Assembly: GCF_009914755.1 (NCBI RefSeq)
Contig: NC_060929.1
Length of the DNA: 64,000 nt
Strand: one strand, 5' to 3'
Source of the DNA: the human T2T-CHM13v2.0 reference genome, Homo sapiens
A model generated the notes under the pieces. It saw only the letters and a list, made by a program, of their open reading frames with translations, did no database searches and was not told the DNA's origin. The position numbers and the translations under genes were made by a program. Below, piece by piece: positions 1 through 15,603 of this stretch (its first letter is position 1; the number at the start of each line of letters is the position of its first letter).

Positions 1-773
1 TTTCTCCTGGGGAGGTTTGTGAAGAGGTAAGGGGATGACTAGAACACATAGCAAACTGGCTGCAGTAGAGACTGACTGAGCGCGCAACTTCACTTCAATC
101 TTTCTACCACCCGGGCACTATTTGAATTTTTAAAAAAATTAACTACTGAGTCTTTTGTATTGGCAGTTTGCTGAAAAGAGATATAAAGGACAGAGTGGCC
201 CAGGGCCTGCTGTGTGAAGTCTCCTGCTCGGTCTCTGTCCCCAGGCTGGGTGGCAGGGTGGCTTTCCCCTCCCCGACCCCCATCTGGCGAGGACAGGGCC
301 TGTGTTGCTGGGAGACCCTGGCGATCATAAGGGATGGGGTGGAGGATGGTGGCAGATGGGTGGGCACAAGGCCCTTTCAAGGCAGCTGTTAGGATAGGGG
401 CCTGCTTTGTGGGGTCTTTTCAAGAGCTGTGGCCACACACAACAGGGGATCAGAGAAGCCCCTTTCTTTGCTTTCTTCTTCCACACCTGCTCAGCCACCT
501 GTTCCTCCAAAGGCTCCGGCCTCTCTCCTTCTCCTCTTGCTGACTCCACTGGGCTCCTCCTCCCTCTCCTGAGCCTCTTCCTGCTCCCCCACTGAGGCCC
601 TCAGGGCTCCTTACAGACCAGACACCTGCCCTTCTTCCTCCACAAATCCTCAGCGCAGCACACAGCTTGGCTCCCAGGCCTTTGCCTGTGCTGTTCCTCC
701 CCCATGAGTGCCCTTCCCGCTTGTCGTCACTTGTCAGAGTCTACTCACACCCCTGTTAAGAAAGAGCTCTTCT

Positions 774-1159
<386 letters not shown>

Positions 1160-1619
1160 TTAGTTGGCATCTGAATGTTTTATCCTAAATGTAAATAGTT
1201 GCAAAGGTAATTTCTAGCGTGCTGTATGCTGAACATGCGCTTTAAATAAAATCTCACCAAAACCTTGGAGCTGTGGATTCCGCTCACTTATTTGCCTGAA
1301 AACTCTTCCATGCACACTGAGCGGCAAAGCCACTGCTCTCCACCGCACCATGCAGCCAGGTCAGGCTGACTTTCAGGCAGGAACTATATGAGTTCATTTT
1401 CTAATCTGCAAACATGCTAATATGCATGTCTGCATCACCTCTCTCTTCTGAATTTTATTTCTAAGTCTAAGACGGACAGGGCATTTGGCACCTGGATGGA
1501 ACGAGGCTTCATCCTTCTGGCTTTCTCATGATGCTGTCTTGCTCTCCTGCCTGGGGATGCTTCCTTAGCACCTGGATGCAAATTGCCTTCCATTTAGTGC
1601 CCTGGAAGACGTTCTTTTA

Positions 1620-3207
1620 AACTTCTTATTGTGAAATTCCACACACAGAGAGAGGGCCCATTGTGTACGGATAAAACTCACGTGAAAACTAAAATGTGCA
1701 GTTCAATAATTGATCAAAAAGCAATCATCAAGTGAAGAAATAGAACATTTCTAGCTCCCCAGAACCCAGCCTTGGGCCACTGCTAATCACTACTCCTCCC
1801 TCTTGTTCAAAGGCAATCACCGTCCTGCATTTTACGATAGGCATTTCTTGCTTTTCTTTTGAGTTTTATCACCTACACACGCTGGGCTTTGAACATCATG
1901 TAAGTGGAGTCCCGTAGTATGCATTCTTTTGTGTCTGGCTTCTTTCACAGAACATTATGTGTGTGAATCACTCGGGTCGCTGTGTGTAGCTGTATTTTGT
2001 TTTTTCTCATTACGGCATAGTATTCCACTTTGTAAGGGTCTCCTAACTTATTGATCCAGTCTATAGTGGATGGACATTTGGGTTGTTCTCAGTTTGGGGC
2101 CATTTTGAATAGCATTTGATGAAAGCTATGATGCATTCATCAGCAGGTCTTTAGGTTCACATAAGTAAGCATTTCTGTTTGGCCTATGCCCAGGAGAGGA
2201 ATTGCTGGATCATGGGGGTAGAAGTATGTTTAACTATGATAGATACTGCCAAATACTTTTCTAAAGTGGTTGTACCATTTTACACTCCCATCAGCCAGGT
2301 AGAAGAATTCCTGTCAACTCTTGGTATTGTCAAAATTTCTTCACATTTCTGTCAACTCTTGGTATTGTGAAAATTTTAAATCTCAGCCAATCTAGTTGGG
2401 GTGCTGTGGTTATTTCATTGCGACTTTAATTTTAGTTTTCCTGGTTATTGACAAGATTCAGTATCTTTTATATATTTATTGGCTATTGGAACATTCTTGT
2501 TGTGAAGTACCTGGTTTTGCTCATTTTATATTGAGTTGTTAGTTTTTGTCATATTTTTAGTTGTGTTTATTCTGGGGGAAAAAGTAGGCTCTCTTGTAGT
2601 TGTATGTGGGCAAAGTATCTTTCCCCACTCTGTAACCTGCCTTTTCACTCTCCTTTGAATGTCTTTTGACAGAAAGAATTTAAATTTCAATGGAGTTGAT
2701 TTCATCAATCCTTTTGGTATGGCCACCACTTCCTGTGCCGTGTTGAAGAATCTGTCTACTGCTCTGAAGGCATAAAGCCGTTCTCTACTTTCTAGAAGTT
2801 TTACATTTTGTCTTTAACATGTATGTCTACAATTCCCCTGAAATTGATGTCATGAATGGTTTGAGGTCGGGATCAAGCTCCATTTTTTTCCATATGGATG
2901 GCCAATTCACCCAGCACTGGTCATTGAAAAGCTTGGCCTCTCTCCCAATACTTGGCAGTGTCACATTTGTCATAAAACATGCATCCATTTATGTCTGACT
3001 TTTTTATTCTATCCCATAGATAGATCTATTTGTCTATCCTTGTACCAACACTGCACTTATTTACCATCGCTTTATAATAGGTTTTGATAGCCAGAAGAGC
3101 TATCAACTCTTCTGGCTAAAAGTTCTTCCTTTTCAAAAATTGGTTATCCTTTACCCTTTGGGTTTCTACATACATTTTTTTGAAAACTAGAATTTGTTTT
3201 CCAAGTT

Positions 3208-3249
<42 letters not shown>

Positions 3250-3440
3250 CTGTTAGGATTTTGATTAGAGGTGTATGTGTTGAATCTATAAGTCAGTTTG
3301 CAGAGAATTGACTTATTTAAAATATTGAGTGGTCCCACCATGAATATGATATATCTATTCATTTATTTTAGCATTTTTTGCTTCCTCTTAATAATAATCT
3401 ATAGTTTTCTGAGTATTTTTTAGGTGAACCAATTTTTAAA
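1620..3440 (-). mobile_element. Old L1M 3' fragment
   Basis: T-rich antisense L1 motifs (GATGGACATTTGGGTTG, AAAGTGGTTGTACCATTTTACACTCCCA, TTTTTCCATATGGAT); boundaries approximate. Confidence 0.75.
3210..3248. repeat. (CA)n microsatellite
   Basis: About 19 uninterrupted AC units. Confidence 0.95.
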
Positions 3441-3833
3441 AATCTATTAAGTGAATGATAGTACCGGCAACATTTGAATATGGAAAATCACGAAGACAGC
3501 CTCCATCCAGCAATGTTTCCAGGATGTTTTCTCTGTACCTCCAGCTGGCCTGGTATCAAAGGGACTTCAAACTGTACCTATGTCTGGGCCCTGCCCCTGG
3601 CCCTTCTTCCCCTGCCCAATCAGAGGCTAGCCCAGAGCTGGGGCCCCTAATAAACATGTACTGAAGTGAACACTGTCGGTCACAGGCTCAGCCCCCAGTG
3701 TTCAACTCATTACTAGAAAACTGACAATCCAATCCATGCCAACATGCTAAGGACAAGTCTGTTTCAGCTCACTGTATAAAACTGTATTATTTCAAAAGTA
3801 GTCTATTGAGTTCTCTCCCATTAGAAAAGTTTT

Positions 3834-4124
<291 letters not shown>

Positions 4125-6012
4125 GTTTTATACATACTCATTACAGAATATTTAGAAATTGGCCAATAGGTAGAAAAAGGTGGAAAAAAATCACCCATAT
4201 TCCTGTTCCTCAGAGATCATCACTGGCCATGTTTTGCTATGTTGCCTTTCACCTTGTTTCTATACACATTTTATGTTTGCTTATTTTCTTTTTACAAGCT
4301 TGAAATCACCCTGAGTTTAGAGTTCTGTGTTCAGCCTTTCTCACTTAACATTAAAACAGCCTTCTCCCTGCGACTCTAAACCCTTTGGGAATATCACAGC
4401 CAGGAGCTCTGTGATTGTATTGAGTGGCTTGCCTGTTTACTAAGCCACTGCCCTGTGGTAGGAAGTGTTTGTGACTTTATTCAGGTGTACGTGGTGTACA
4501 GTGAGCGTCTCTGGCCATCAATTAGCTTTGTCCCTATCTATCTGGGATTACATCCTCAGGACAGGTTCCTAGAAGTGGATTCCAGACTTGAAGAATGTGA
4601 GCAGAAGCCTATGAGGAGTTTAACAGCGGGAGTTCGAACCTGCAACTGTGGCTGTCATGGGGCACCTGTTTCTTGAGGATTTACTATTGCCAGACACTTG
4701 TGTAAATGCTGAAGCCTTATTAACTCATTTAATGCTCATGGCCCCCTCAGCTAGTTTCTGTTATTTGACTCATTCTACAGATACAGAACCTGCAGCACAG
4801 ACAGGTCACGTGACCAGCCCAAGGTCACACCTGGTAAGTGCCCAAGCTGGGACTCAACCCTGGACCCTCAGGCTTCAGGACCCTGCCCTGACACCACAGG
4901 CAAATGGAGGATCCCGTTGGCTCCTTGAGACACTCGCACCTCCTCTCGTGGGCTTCTTCCTCTTGGCCTAAGGAATCTCTTCCTTCTGCAGGCGAGGAGT
5001 GAGGTGGAGGACGGGCCTGAGTCCACTCTGTCCCAGCTGCTTAGCCAAAGGGCAAAGCCTTCACCTCTCCGAGCTGCAGTTTCTTCATCAGTGAAACGGG
5101 CAAAGAGGGTCCCATAAATCTGAAAAGAGGCCACAAAAGGGGAATGGCTCTGTGAACTCGAAAGTGCTCCCAGGTGCTGGGTTCCCACAGATGGGCTGTC
5201 TGCTGCATGAATTTGCTTGGGGAAGGAAGAAGTCTCTGTCCCTGTCACCCACTCCTGGCTGGCCCAAGCCTGGAGTTCTTCCCACTTCACCTCGACTGAC
5301 TGATTTTCTCAGAGCAGCGTCCTGACACCAGCTGGGCTGTGATGGGCAGTCCTTGCTGGTGGCTGAGTGGGAGTGGCTGCTCATCCCATGGTCCCCAGCG
5401 TCTGAAGCTAGGTGCTGCACAGAACAGGCGCTCCAGCAGCAGTCATGGGAGGCAGTTTCAGAGAGCCCTCCTGGGGTGTCACCCAGTTAAGATGCCGGTG
5501 GTAGCAAAGCAAACAGGAGTGGCAGGGGGCCAGAGATTATCATTTTACACCTCTGATGGCATTAATGACTCTCCTTTATACAGTGTTCTTGTGTCCCAAG
5601 AGTTCGGCCTGTCACTGAGACCCCACTGCTCTGAGCAAGGTAAGGTCACTTGCCCAGGTCACACTGCAAGTAAGAAGGAGAGTTGGGATTTAAACCAGGG
5701 TCTGTGTGACCAAATGCTGGATTCCCAACGTGGCCCCATATATCCCACCGCAGGACTGTGATGCCCACAGCCTCAATGTCACAGTCTCATGAGAATCCCA
5801 TCTGATCCCCACAACAGCCTTGCAGCCCTGATCTTTTCATGGCCATTTTACAGATAAGGACACTGAGGCCTGCCTGAGGTCCCCCTAGATGGGTAAATGC
5901 TGCAGCCTCAGCTGGTCCTGGGTTTTCTGAGTCCCGGCCAATGCCCAAACTCCTCCAGCCTCCCAGGACAGACATGTCCCCTCGAGAAGAGCAGACAAAG
6001 TGATGAAGAACG

Positions 6013-6336
6013 GGCCTGACATGGTGGCTCATGCCTGTAATCTCAGCACTTTGGGAGGCTGAGGTGGGCGGATTACCTGAGGTCGGGAGTTCAAGACCAG
6101 CCTGGCCAATATGGCGAAACCCCATCTCTACTGAAAATACAAAAATTAGCCAGGTTTGGTGACGTGCACCTGTAGTCCCAGGAGGCTGAGGCAGGAGAAT
6201 CAGCTTGAACCCAGGAGGTGGAGGTTGCAGTGAGCTGAGATTGTGCCACTACACTCCAGCCTGGGTGACTGGGTGAGACTCTGTCTCAAAAAAAAAAAAA
6301 AAAAAAAAAAAAAAAGAAAAAGAAAAAGAAAAAAGA
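6013..6336 (+). mobile_element. Alu (AluS-like)
   Basis: Dimer with long A-tail; TSD AAGTGATGAAGAAC. Confidence 0.92.
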
Positions 6337-9300
6337 AGTGATGAAGAACAAAGACTTGGAGCATGAGCCAGATTGTGGTGGGAAGGCTCCAGTATGGGCT
6401 AGAGTGGCTCCTTGGATCCCTAAATAAATAAGGACCATGGTCCCTTGTCACAGAGAACAAACAGAGTCCCACCCTCTCTCCTGGGATAGTAATGGTGGTT
6501 CCCAGAAGACTGAGCCTTCACTCTGCACCAGCTCCTTCCCAAGCTTCATCTCATTTCATTCCCACTCTAGGTGTTCCTGTCCTCACTCTACAGATGAGGA
6601 GCCTGAGGCTCAGAGCAGGAACATGACATGGTCAGTATCCTCCCAGCTGGGTAGAAGGGGACTGGTTGCATACCCAAGCCAGGGGCCCAGAGCTGGCCTC
6701 TGTGGCATCTGTGCCAGAGCCAGAGGAAGGCCTGCGTCTACTCCCCAGGGAGCCCAACTGAGCCCACGGGTGGCACATGAGGACTGGCCTCCTGGACAAA
6801 CAGAGCCCAGCACATTAAGGTTTGGCTCAGGAGGACACACATGTCCCTGCTGCCCAGGACCCCAGTTCTGCCCTAAATCCTTCCCAACTTGGGATCCCCC
6901 CACTCAGGTTCCTGCTGCAGCTCATGTTACCCTGGGTGCTTCTGTGACTCCGCTGATGCTCTGAGCCCATATGGCCCCAGCTCAAGGCAGCTGAGAAGTC
7001 CCGAAAGACCACAGAGCAACAGAGGCACCCAAAGGTTCAAAGCCCATCAGTCATGATTCACTTGCACAGTTCAGTGTGGCATCATCAAGCCCCTGGCTGG
7101 CCAACCCCTCTGGTTCCCTGCTTGGGTTCCCAACCACTTGGCTGCTCCTGACCCCGCCCAGCACCAAGACATGAAGACACCACAGTGATCAGGGCCAAGA
7201 GAGGCAACTTCACCTACTGGGCCTACCCTGTGTCCCCGCTCTGTTCTTTTCCTCTAGGAGAAATGTGCCTCCACCCAAGCAACTGACCCCAGGAATAATC
7301 ATAATTAATAATAGTGGCGACTTCCCTTTATTAAGCACTTGCCATGTGCCAAGAACTCTTCTAAGTACTTGATACACATTATCTCATTTAATCCTCAAAA
7401 CAATCCTATAGGGCTAGTACTATTATTAGCTGATTTTACACGTGAGAGAAGTAAGCACAGAGAAGTCGAATAACAAGCTCAAGGCCACATAGCTAGATAG
7501 GCAGGAAGCCAGATTATGAGCCCAGATGGTCTGGTTCCAGAACCTGACCCCTTAATGAATACCCTATAACCTGTGAGTGAATCCAGTCCCCACCACTGGG
7601 TTCATCCATCCACTCATTCATTCAGTAAACATTTATTGAGCACCTACTCTGTGCCGAGGACTTTCCATGCATTGCCTCATTACAAGTTTTATCACCTGTG
7701 AGGTAGATATTACTGTCATTCCCACTTTACAGATGAGGCAACTGATGTTCAGAGAGGTTAAGTACATGCACAAAGACACACAGCCAGCAAATTGTTCAGC
7801 AGGGCAGGAGGATGCAAGTGCTCAGCCTTCAGAAGGTGGCATGGGCCAAAATATAGTAGACCTGCTGTGCCCAGCCAGGAGGCCTGGGCTCTGCCCTGCT
7901 CACAGATGATCTCTCTATTTGGCAGAGGAGGTGGAGTGGCCGCAGAGGGCTGAAATGACTTGCCCAGAGTCACCCAGCCAGAGAGTGGCAGAACCAGGAC
8001 TCCAACCCAGGCTGTTGGGCCCCATCTAAACCCTGTCTGCATGGGAAGGGATTTTTAGCAGAGAAGGGCTGCAATCAGCTTATGGGCATGCAGGGGTGGT
8101 CCGGTGGGGGAGATCCTGAGAAGGATAAGGCCTTCCCAAGCCCACATCTACTGACTGTTCACTGTGTGCCAGCCCCTTTTGATCAGTGCATCTATTTCTC
8201 CAAATGCCCTGTGACATAGACTGTCAGCAGCTCCATTTTACAAGTGTAGAAGCTGAGGCACAGAGAGGACATATAACCCTTAAGGTCACTCAGTTAGTAA
8301 GTAGCCAAGCCAGGATTTCAGCCTGGGTTCTTAAGTGCCACCCAATCCATTATTCCAGTTTTTCTTCGAAAGTCCACATCCCCCTGGGTGGGTTCTCTGC
8401 TGCTCCAGGAAGTCAGGAGGGGACAGTGGTTTATCCCAGGGCCAGACCAGGGCTGGGCACTGGACTCAGATGAATTAGCACAGCCCTGCCCTCAAGTTAC
8501 TGCAGGTAGGATGAGCCAGGCCCTCCGCAAACTCTCAGCCATCTGAAGGGCCAAGAGGAGGAAAGCACAGACTCTGGGGTCAGAGTGGGCTGGGTTCTAG
8601 TCCTGATCCTGTCGCTCTTGGCTGTGTGGCCTTAGACAAGTTGCTTCACCTCTCTGAGCCTCCCAGCATGCACTGTAGAATGGAGATGATAACAACCCCT
8701 ACCTTGCAGGAGGAGGTGAGGATTAAATGAGGAGACAAATACAAGAGTCTGAGAAGCAGCTCCTTAACCCTTAACCTCCTTTCCTGTTAATAGGGTTGTT
8801 ATGAGGATGAAAGAAATCAGAGTCTAAGATGTTTAGCCAAACTGTTCTCTGTCTGTGTGACTGTGGCCAAGCTATGTACACTCTCTGGGCTTCAGTTTCC
8901 CCATCTGTAAAATGGGCACGTTGACAGTACTATCTCATAGGGTAATTGTGAGGTTAATACATCTATTGTGAGGCTTAGAACATACCTGGCACTTAATAAA
9001 TGTTAGCTATGATGTATAGCAATTATTGTAATCATACAGTGAATGCCAGTTATTGGGATGATAGATTGATTTCAGTTCAATTCAACCCCTGCTGCAGGCT
9101 TCTGTCCCATGCCCATGACATGCATTTCAGAGCATCTAAGCTCTGTCCCTGTGTTGTGAGAAAGTTGAGTGTGGAGCACCCATGACCCCAGCTCCCAGTA
9201 GTGCTGCCTCCCTTGGATTTCAGGAAAATGTCAGTCCTTGGCCTTTTTAGATGTCTAGTATGGGACTATCCATCTAAATGCTGTTGATGCGTCTTTGGCC

Positions 9301-9494
9301 AAACTCAAGAAGAAGTTCTGTCTACTCAGCCTTCCTGTGTACCGCCGACGAGCTTCCTTTGGAGCCGGCCCCAGGACCAAGCCTGTGTCTGCATGCACAA
9401 GACAATGAAAACCAGGCGGTGAGCCTTCTTTCTTTTTTTGCCTTGGCTGCCAGGTACGTGCTGCCAGACTCCACCACATAAAAGTGACTTGCTC

Positions 9495-10745
<1,251 letters not shown>

Positions 10746-13611
10746 GCGCTGGTTTTGAAGCCCGAGGGATGCCGGCTCCTGGCTCCTCTGCTCACTGCTG
10801 TGCTACATCAAGCAAGTGGCCTCATCACCGGAGCTTGTTTCCTCTGCAGAGAGGACTAAGAACCCTCTGAGTTCTGCCCCCTTCTAGCTGTGTGACCTGG
10901 GCAGCTCTTTTCCATCTCTGAGCTTCAGCTTCCTCTCCTGCAAAATGGGAATTGACTTGTGTTAATGACCATGCCGCCATGCTGGGACAAGGATCACTCA
11001 GAGGGTGTAGCGTGGGGCCCACTATGCGGCTGGCACTTTGTAACCAGCAACTGAAAAATGATGCTTTTTCAGGTAAAGATCTGTTGGAAATTGAAGGTTT
11101 CGTAGTCAGGGTTTGTAGAAAAGCACAGCCTTCCTGCAGCCATTTTAAAACCGAGCTTTGCAGTGTGACTGCAGATACTCGGCTCTTGAGTTGTGAGGAG
11201 GAGGCTGGGCAAACACCCTGAAGGAAGGGGTCATTTCACGCAGGTATCTGCAGTGGGCATACCCCCTAGCCTGGCACAGCAGCTCAGTGTGCACCCTTTT
11301 TACAACATGCACCTGATTGCCTGTTATTGCATGGGGCAGGGCCTGCCAGGGCATGCCCCCAGGGAGCAATGCCAGGGAGCCCGGCCAGGGCACTCCCACT
11401 ACCAACTGCCCCGGGAGGCTCTGCTGACGCTGCATAATCAAGAGAGACAGCCCCACCCAGAGGCCCCTGCAGCCCATGTATGGGTACTGGTGCTAAAGGA
11501 GGGTGGCACAGTCTGTGCAATTCTGGATGTGATTGGTAGAGATGTGTATGTGTGTGAAAGTCAAATCCAGGAGCTGCTGTGACTGGAGGCTGCTGCCCGG
11601 GCCGGAAGATGTCCCCACCCCATGCTCTGCCCCACAGGCTCTATGGCAGCCGTTAGTGTCTGCGGGTTCTGGTTCTGAGACCCCACCCGTTCCTCTGCAG
11701 CCCTGGTGTCCTGCCGCCTTGGCGCCTGGGCAGAGCTGTCCTCTCTAACTTTAAGGGACACTGCTTAGAAGATGAGGCTTGGATATGGGCACACGTAGGT
11801 TCACATCCCAACTCCTCTTAGCAGCTGCAGAGACTTAGGCATGTGACTTTACCTGTCTGAGGCTTGGTGTCCTCGTTTGGAAAATGGGGATGCTAGAACC
11901 TATCTCCTTGGATGTGGTATGACTATAATATTTGGAGAAGGAAGAGATTCACATTCCATCCCTGTGGTTATAAAGTCTCCTGTGCGGCAGGTGCTGAGTC
12001 CAACAGTCCCTTCCCTTCCCTTGTTGCTGTTAGACATAGTGCCTGGATCCCAGGCCCCTAATACATGCAGACAGCATTTCCACAGTGTCCCGGCCAGCCC
12101 TGCTTGGGAGCTAGTGGGAAGAGGTGAGATTGGGAGAGGCAACAAAAATGGGAGGCCCACATCCCAGGAGATCAGCTTGGTACACAAGCTGCAAAGACAG
12201 GGGAGCACCTCTGCAGTCCTCTCAGGGTCAGTAGAGGCAGGACCAATCAGACTCATAAACCTCAAACCATAAATCACCCCCATGGCTTCATGTGGGTTGT
12301 AGGGGCTCAGTGGATGATTGTACTGGAAGGTATACTTTAGAAGACATGTGACTCAGGAAGCCCCTCCTCAACTGCCTGGCAGGAAATATATGGTTTCTAT
12401 TTGCACACCTCCTGGGACAGGGATCTCCCTCTCTCCCAAAGCCACCCTTCCACCTTCGTGGACTAGCTTTGTCCTCCTTCTCTAGTGTGGTGCCCAGAGC
12501 CAAAGCGACTTCTGGAATGGTCTAACCAACATGCACTGGAGCAGCAAGCCCCTCCTTTGTCCTAAAGACTATATTTCTGTTAATGCATCCCTATTTTGCT
12601 CATTTGCTTATTTTTCCCTGCACATATTACTATTCATCACACCAGGGTCTAGGGCTACTAATGGCAAAAACTCATTCTCTCACAGCTCTTTCTCTCCTCT
12701 CCCTTCTTATTACCTTTCTCCATTCCTTCTTTCTTCCCTCTCTCCTTCTTTTCTGTTTTTCTCTCAGCTCAGGGCAATGCATCTCTGCAGTCAATTTATG
12801 CAAATGTGTATTGAGCACCTGTGTCTGCCAGCCCTGTTCTGGGCACTGGGGTTTCCTAGATGATTACAGCCTTCTTCCTGCCTGCAGGAGCATCCTGTCT
12901 GGCAGTGGAGAGGACGCAAAGGTAACAGCTACAACACCTGTCTTGAGGGTGTAATTGAGGGGACAGCACAAAGTGCAGAGGGATCTCAGATGGGTGAGCA
13001 ACTGCTGTATGTGCCCAAATATAAGGTAATCCAAGTAAAGATTACAGGCAATCCCCATTCTCCCTATGAGAAGATGCACTTTCTTATTGAATAATATAAA
13101 CTTAATGGGGTGAAGATGAAATAGACATCTACTTGAAATATTTCATTTATTACTTTAGTTATATAAACATATTTGCAATTATTCTCATAGAGAATACTAA
13201 TATGGAAAGATTGCTTTTGGCAGTTTCAAATTTCAGGAAACAATTTGATTCTAATTCTTTTCTGTGTGGCTTTGACACTAGTGTCACCATCGTGTGTGTT
13301 GGGGGCAGCTTTTTACTAGAGCAGGTCCTACTCTCAGAGATCCAGAGGCTAACACACAGCCCTTTCGAATCCACATGTCAGGCAACTGCTGGGCACAGTG
13401 TCTCCACCGCAGGTCCAATCCGCATCACATTTTGACAGTAGGGATTCATTTGCTGCAGGTGAGTATTTGTGATCTGCACAACATGGCCACTTACTGAGGT
13501 ACTCTGAAAGTGGCCTTTAAAAGGCCTGTTCACAACCTCTCACCCTTGCCGTCACAAAGTCATATTTGTTTGCATTGCCTTATCTGAGGAAAATTCCCTC
13601 AATTCCCTTTA

Positions 13612-13992
<381 letters not shown>

Positions 13993-15470
13993 TCAAACAG
14001 AACTTTGGGGTTAAAAATTAAGTCACTGGGCGAGCACCTGTAATATGAGAAATTAGTAACTCAAATGCAAGGCAATCTTATGTTCAGACATATGACGTCA
14101 GGGGGGAGTGGGGAATCAAGGTTTCCCGGAAGTGGAAGCTTGGAGCTGGCCTTAAAGACCCTAGAACCCTCTGGGATGGGTCATGTACTGTAAGCAGAAG
14201 GCACCGGAGATGCAGAAGGCTGTCTCCTGAATACCCCGCTTTTATTCGCATAGCTTCAGGCTAGCTTTGCCCTGTACCATTGGAAGATCTTGGGCACCTC
14301 TCTTCCACTCTCAGAGCCTCAATTTCCCTATCTGTGAAATGGAAGTAATAATACATATTTCATAAAGTCTCAAGGGATACAAGAGCATGAAAAATAGAAT
14401 TGAAAAAAACAGCTCATTTGGAATCGGGTCTTCTTGGGGAAGTCATTGCACTTCCTGGGCCTCAGCGTTCCAGCCTGTGAAATGGAGCTCGAGAAGGGCA
14501 CAGCTGCACTTCCCACTGAGTGTGGTCCAGGTGCCTGAATGAGGAATGCCTGTTACTGCCTCTGCCAGGAACACTCTACCTATCTCTTCTCATGGCCGAC
14601 GCCTTCTAGTCCATCAGATGGAGCTTATGTGCCCCCACCCCAGATTCTCCCTATGCCCCCAAACAATGTCATCTCCTCACTCTACTGGGATCTGTTTTAT
14701 TTTCTTCCTGGCTTTGATTATTATATAATGTGATCGTAATTGCTTGTTATTTCTATCTTCAGCATGCCATCTCCAGGGCAGTGGGGACCTTGTCTGTATC
14801 TACCCGGCCCAGCACAGTGCCTGGTGCATAGACTGTGCTCAATAAATATTTTAGTGAATGAGCGAATAAATTAATGAATGTGGGTTCCCTCTTCCCAATC
14901 TTTGGACACTGGGTTTCTTCTATTCCTCGGTACCTGGCCTAGGGGATAGAAAAGACTCCACCCAAACCCGGGAACCCTGGGTGTACTGTCTCCAAGCCCT
15001 TTACATGGTCCCAGGGGCCCGTCTGCCTCTGTGTAAGTTCCCCCGGGGCCGAAGCACTCTCCAAAGAGGTCTGCCGGGGCTAGGACTCGGCCGGCTGGGG
15101 CCCCGCGCCTGGAAGAGGGCCTGGCACACAGTGGGCCTTCTCAAAGTGTTAGAACAAATGGGTGACAGGCCAGCAGACTGCCGATCCTGGCACCCGAGGG
15201 CACCCAGCTGCCCTGCGCGCCTTCCCGGCCCGGGCGCGGGAGCGGCGAGGGCGGGAGGCTTGGCTGTGCTTCTCCCGCCGCCTGGTGCAAACTTTCAAAA
15301 GATGCGGCGGCCGCGGCCCCGCCCCTGCACTGTTGGAGGCGGTGGGAGGCGGGGGCGGAGCCGGCGGGCCCGGGCCGGTGGCTCCGCCTCCTCCTCCCGC
15401 AGGCGCCGCCGCCGCCTCCCTCCCGGCTCCCGCCCCAGCTGCCGCCCGCCGGCTCGCCCGTGCAGCTGCG

Positions 15471-15518
15471 ATGCCCCGGAGCGTCGACCCCGGTCCTGGT
15501 CCCTGGCCCGCCGCGTAA
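15471..15518 (+). other. Candidate uORF MPRSVDPGPGPWPAA* in the NEURL1B 5' leader
   Basis: ATG at 15471 (GCGATGC), TAA ending at 15518, 54 nt before the main ATG; only relevant if the TSS is upstream of 15471. Confidence 0.45.
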
Positions 15519-15572
15519 TTAGCCTCCGCGCGCCCAGAGCGCGCCGCCGCCAACGCCGCGCCCGACGCAGCG

Positions 15573-15603
15573 ATGGGCAACACGGTGCACCGGACCCTGC
15601 CAG
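15573..15603 (+). CDS. NEURL1B: NEURL1B coding exon 1 (MGNTVHRTLP + 1 nt)
   Basis: Strong Kozak GCGATGG inside a CpG island; donor CAG|GTACGC; joins exon 2 in frame (G|AC = Asp). Confidence 0.9.
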
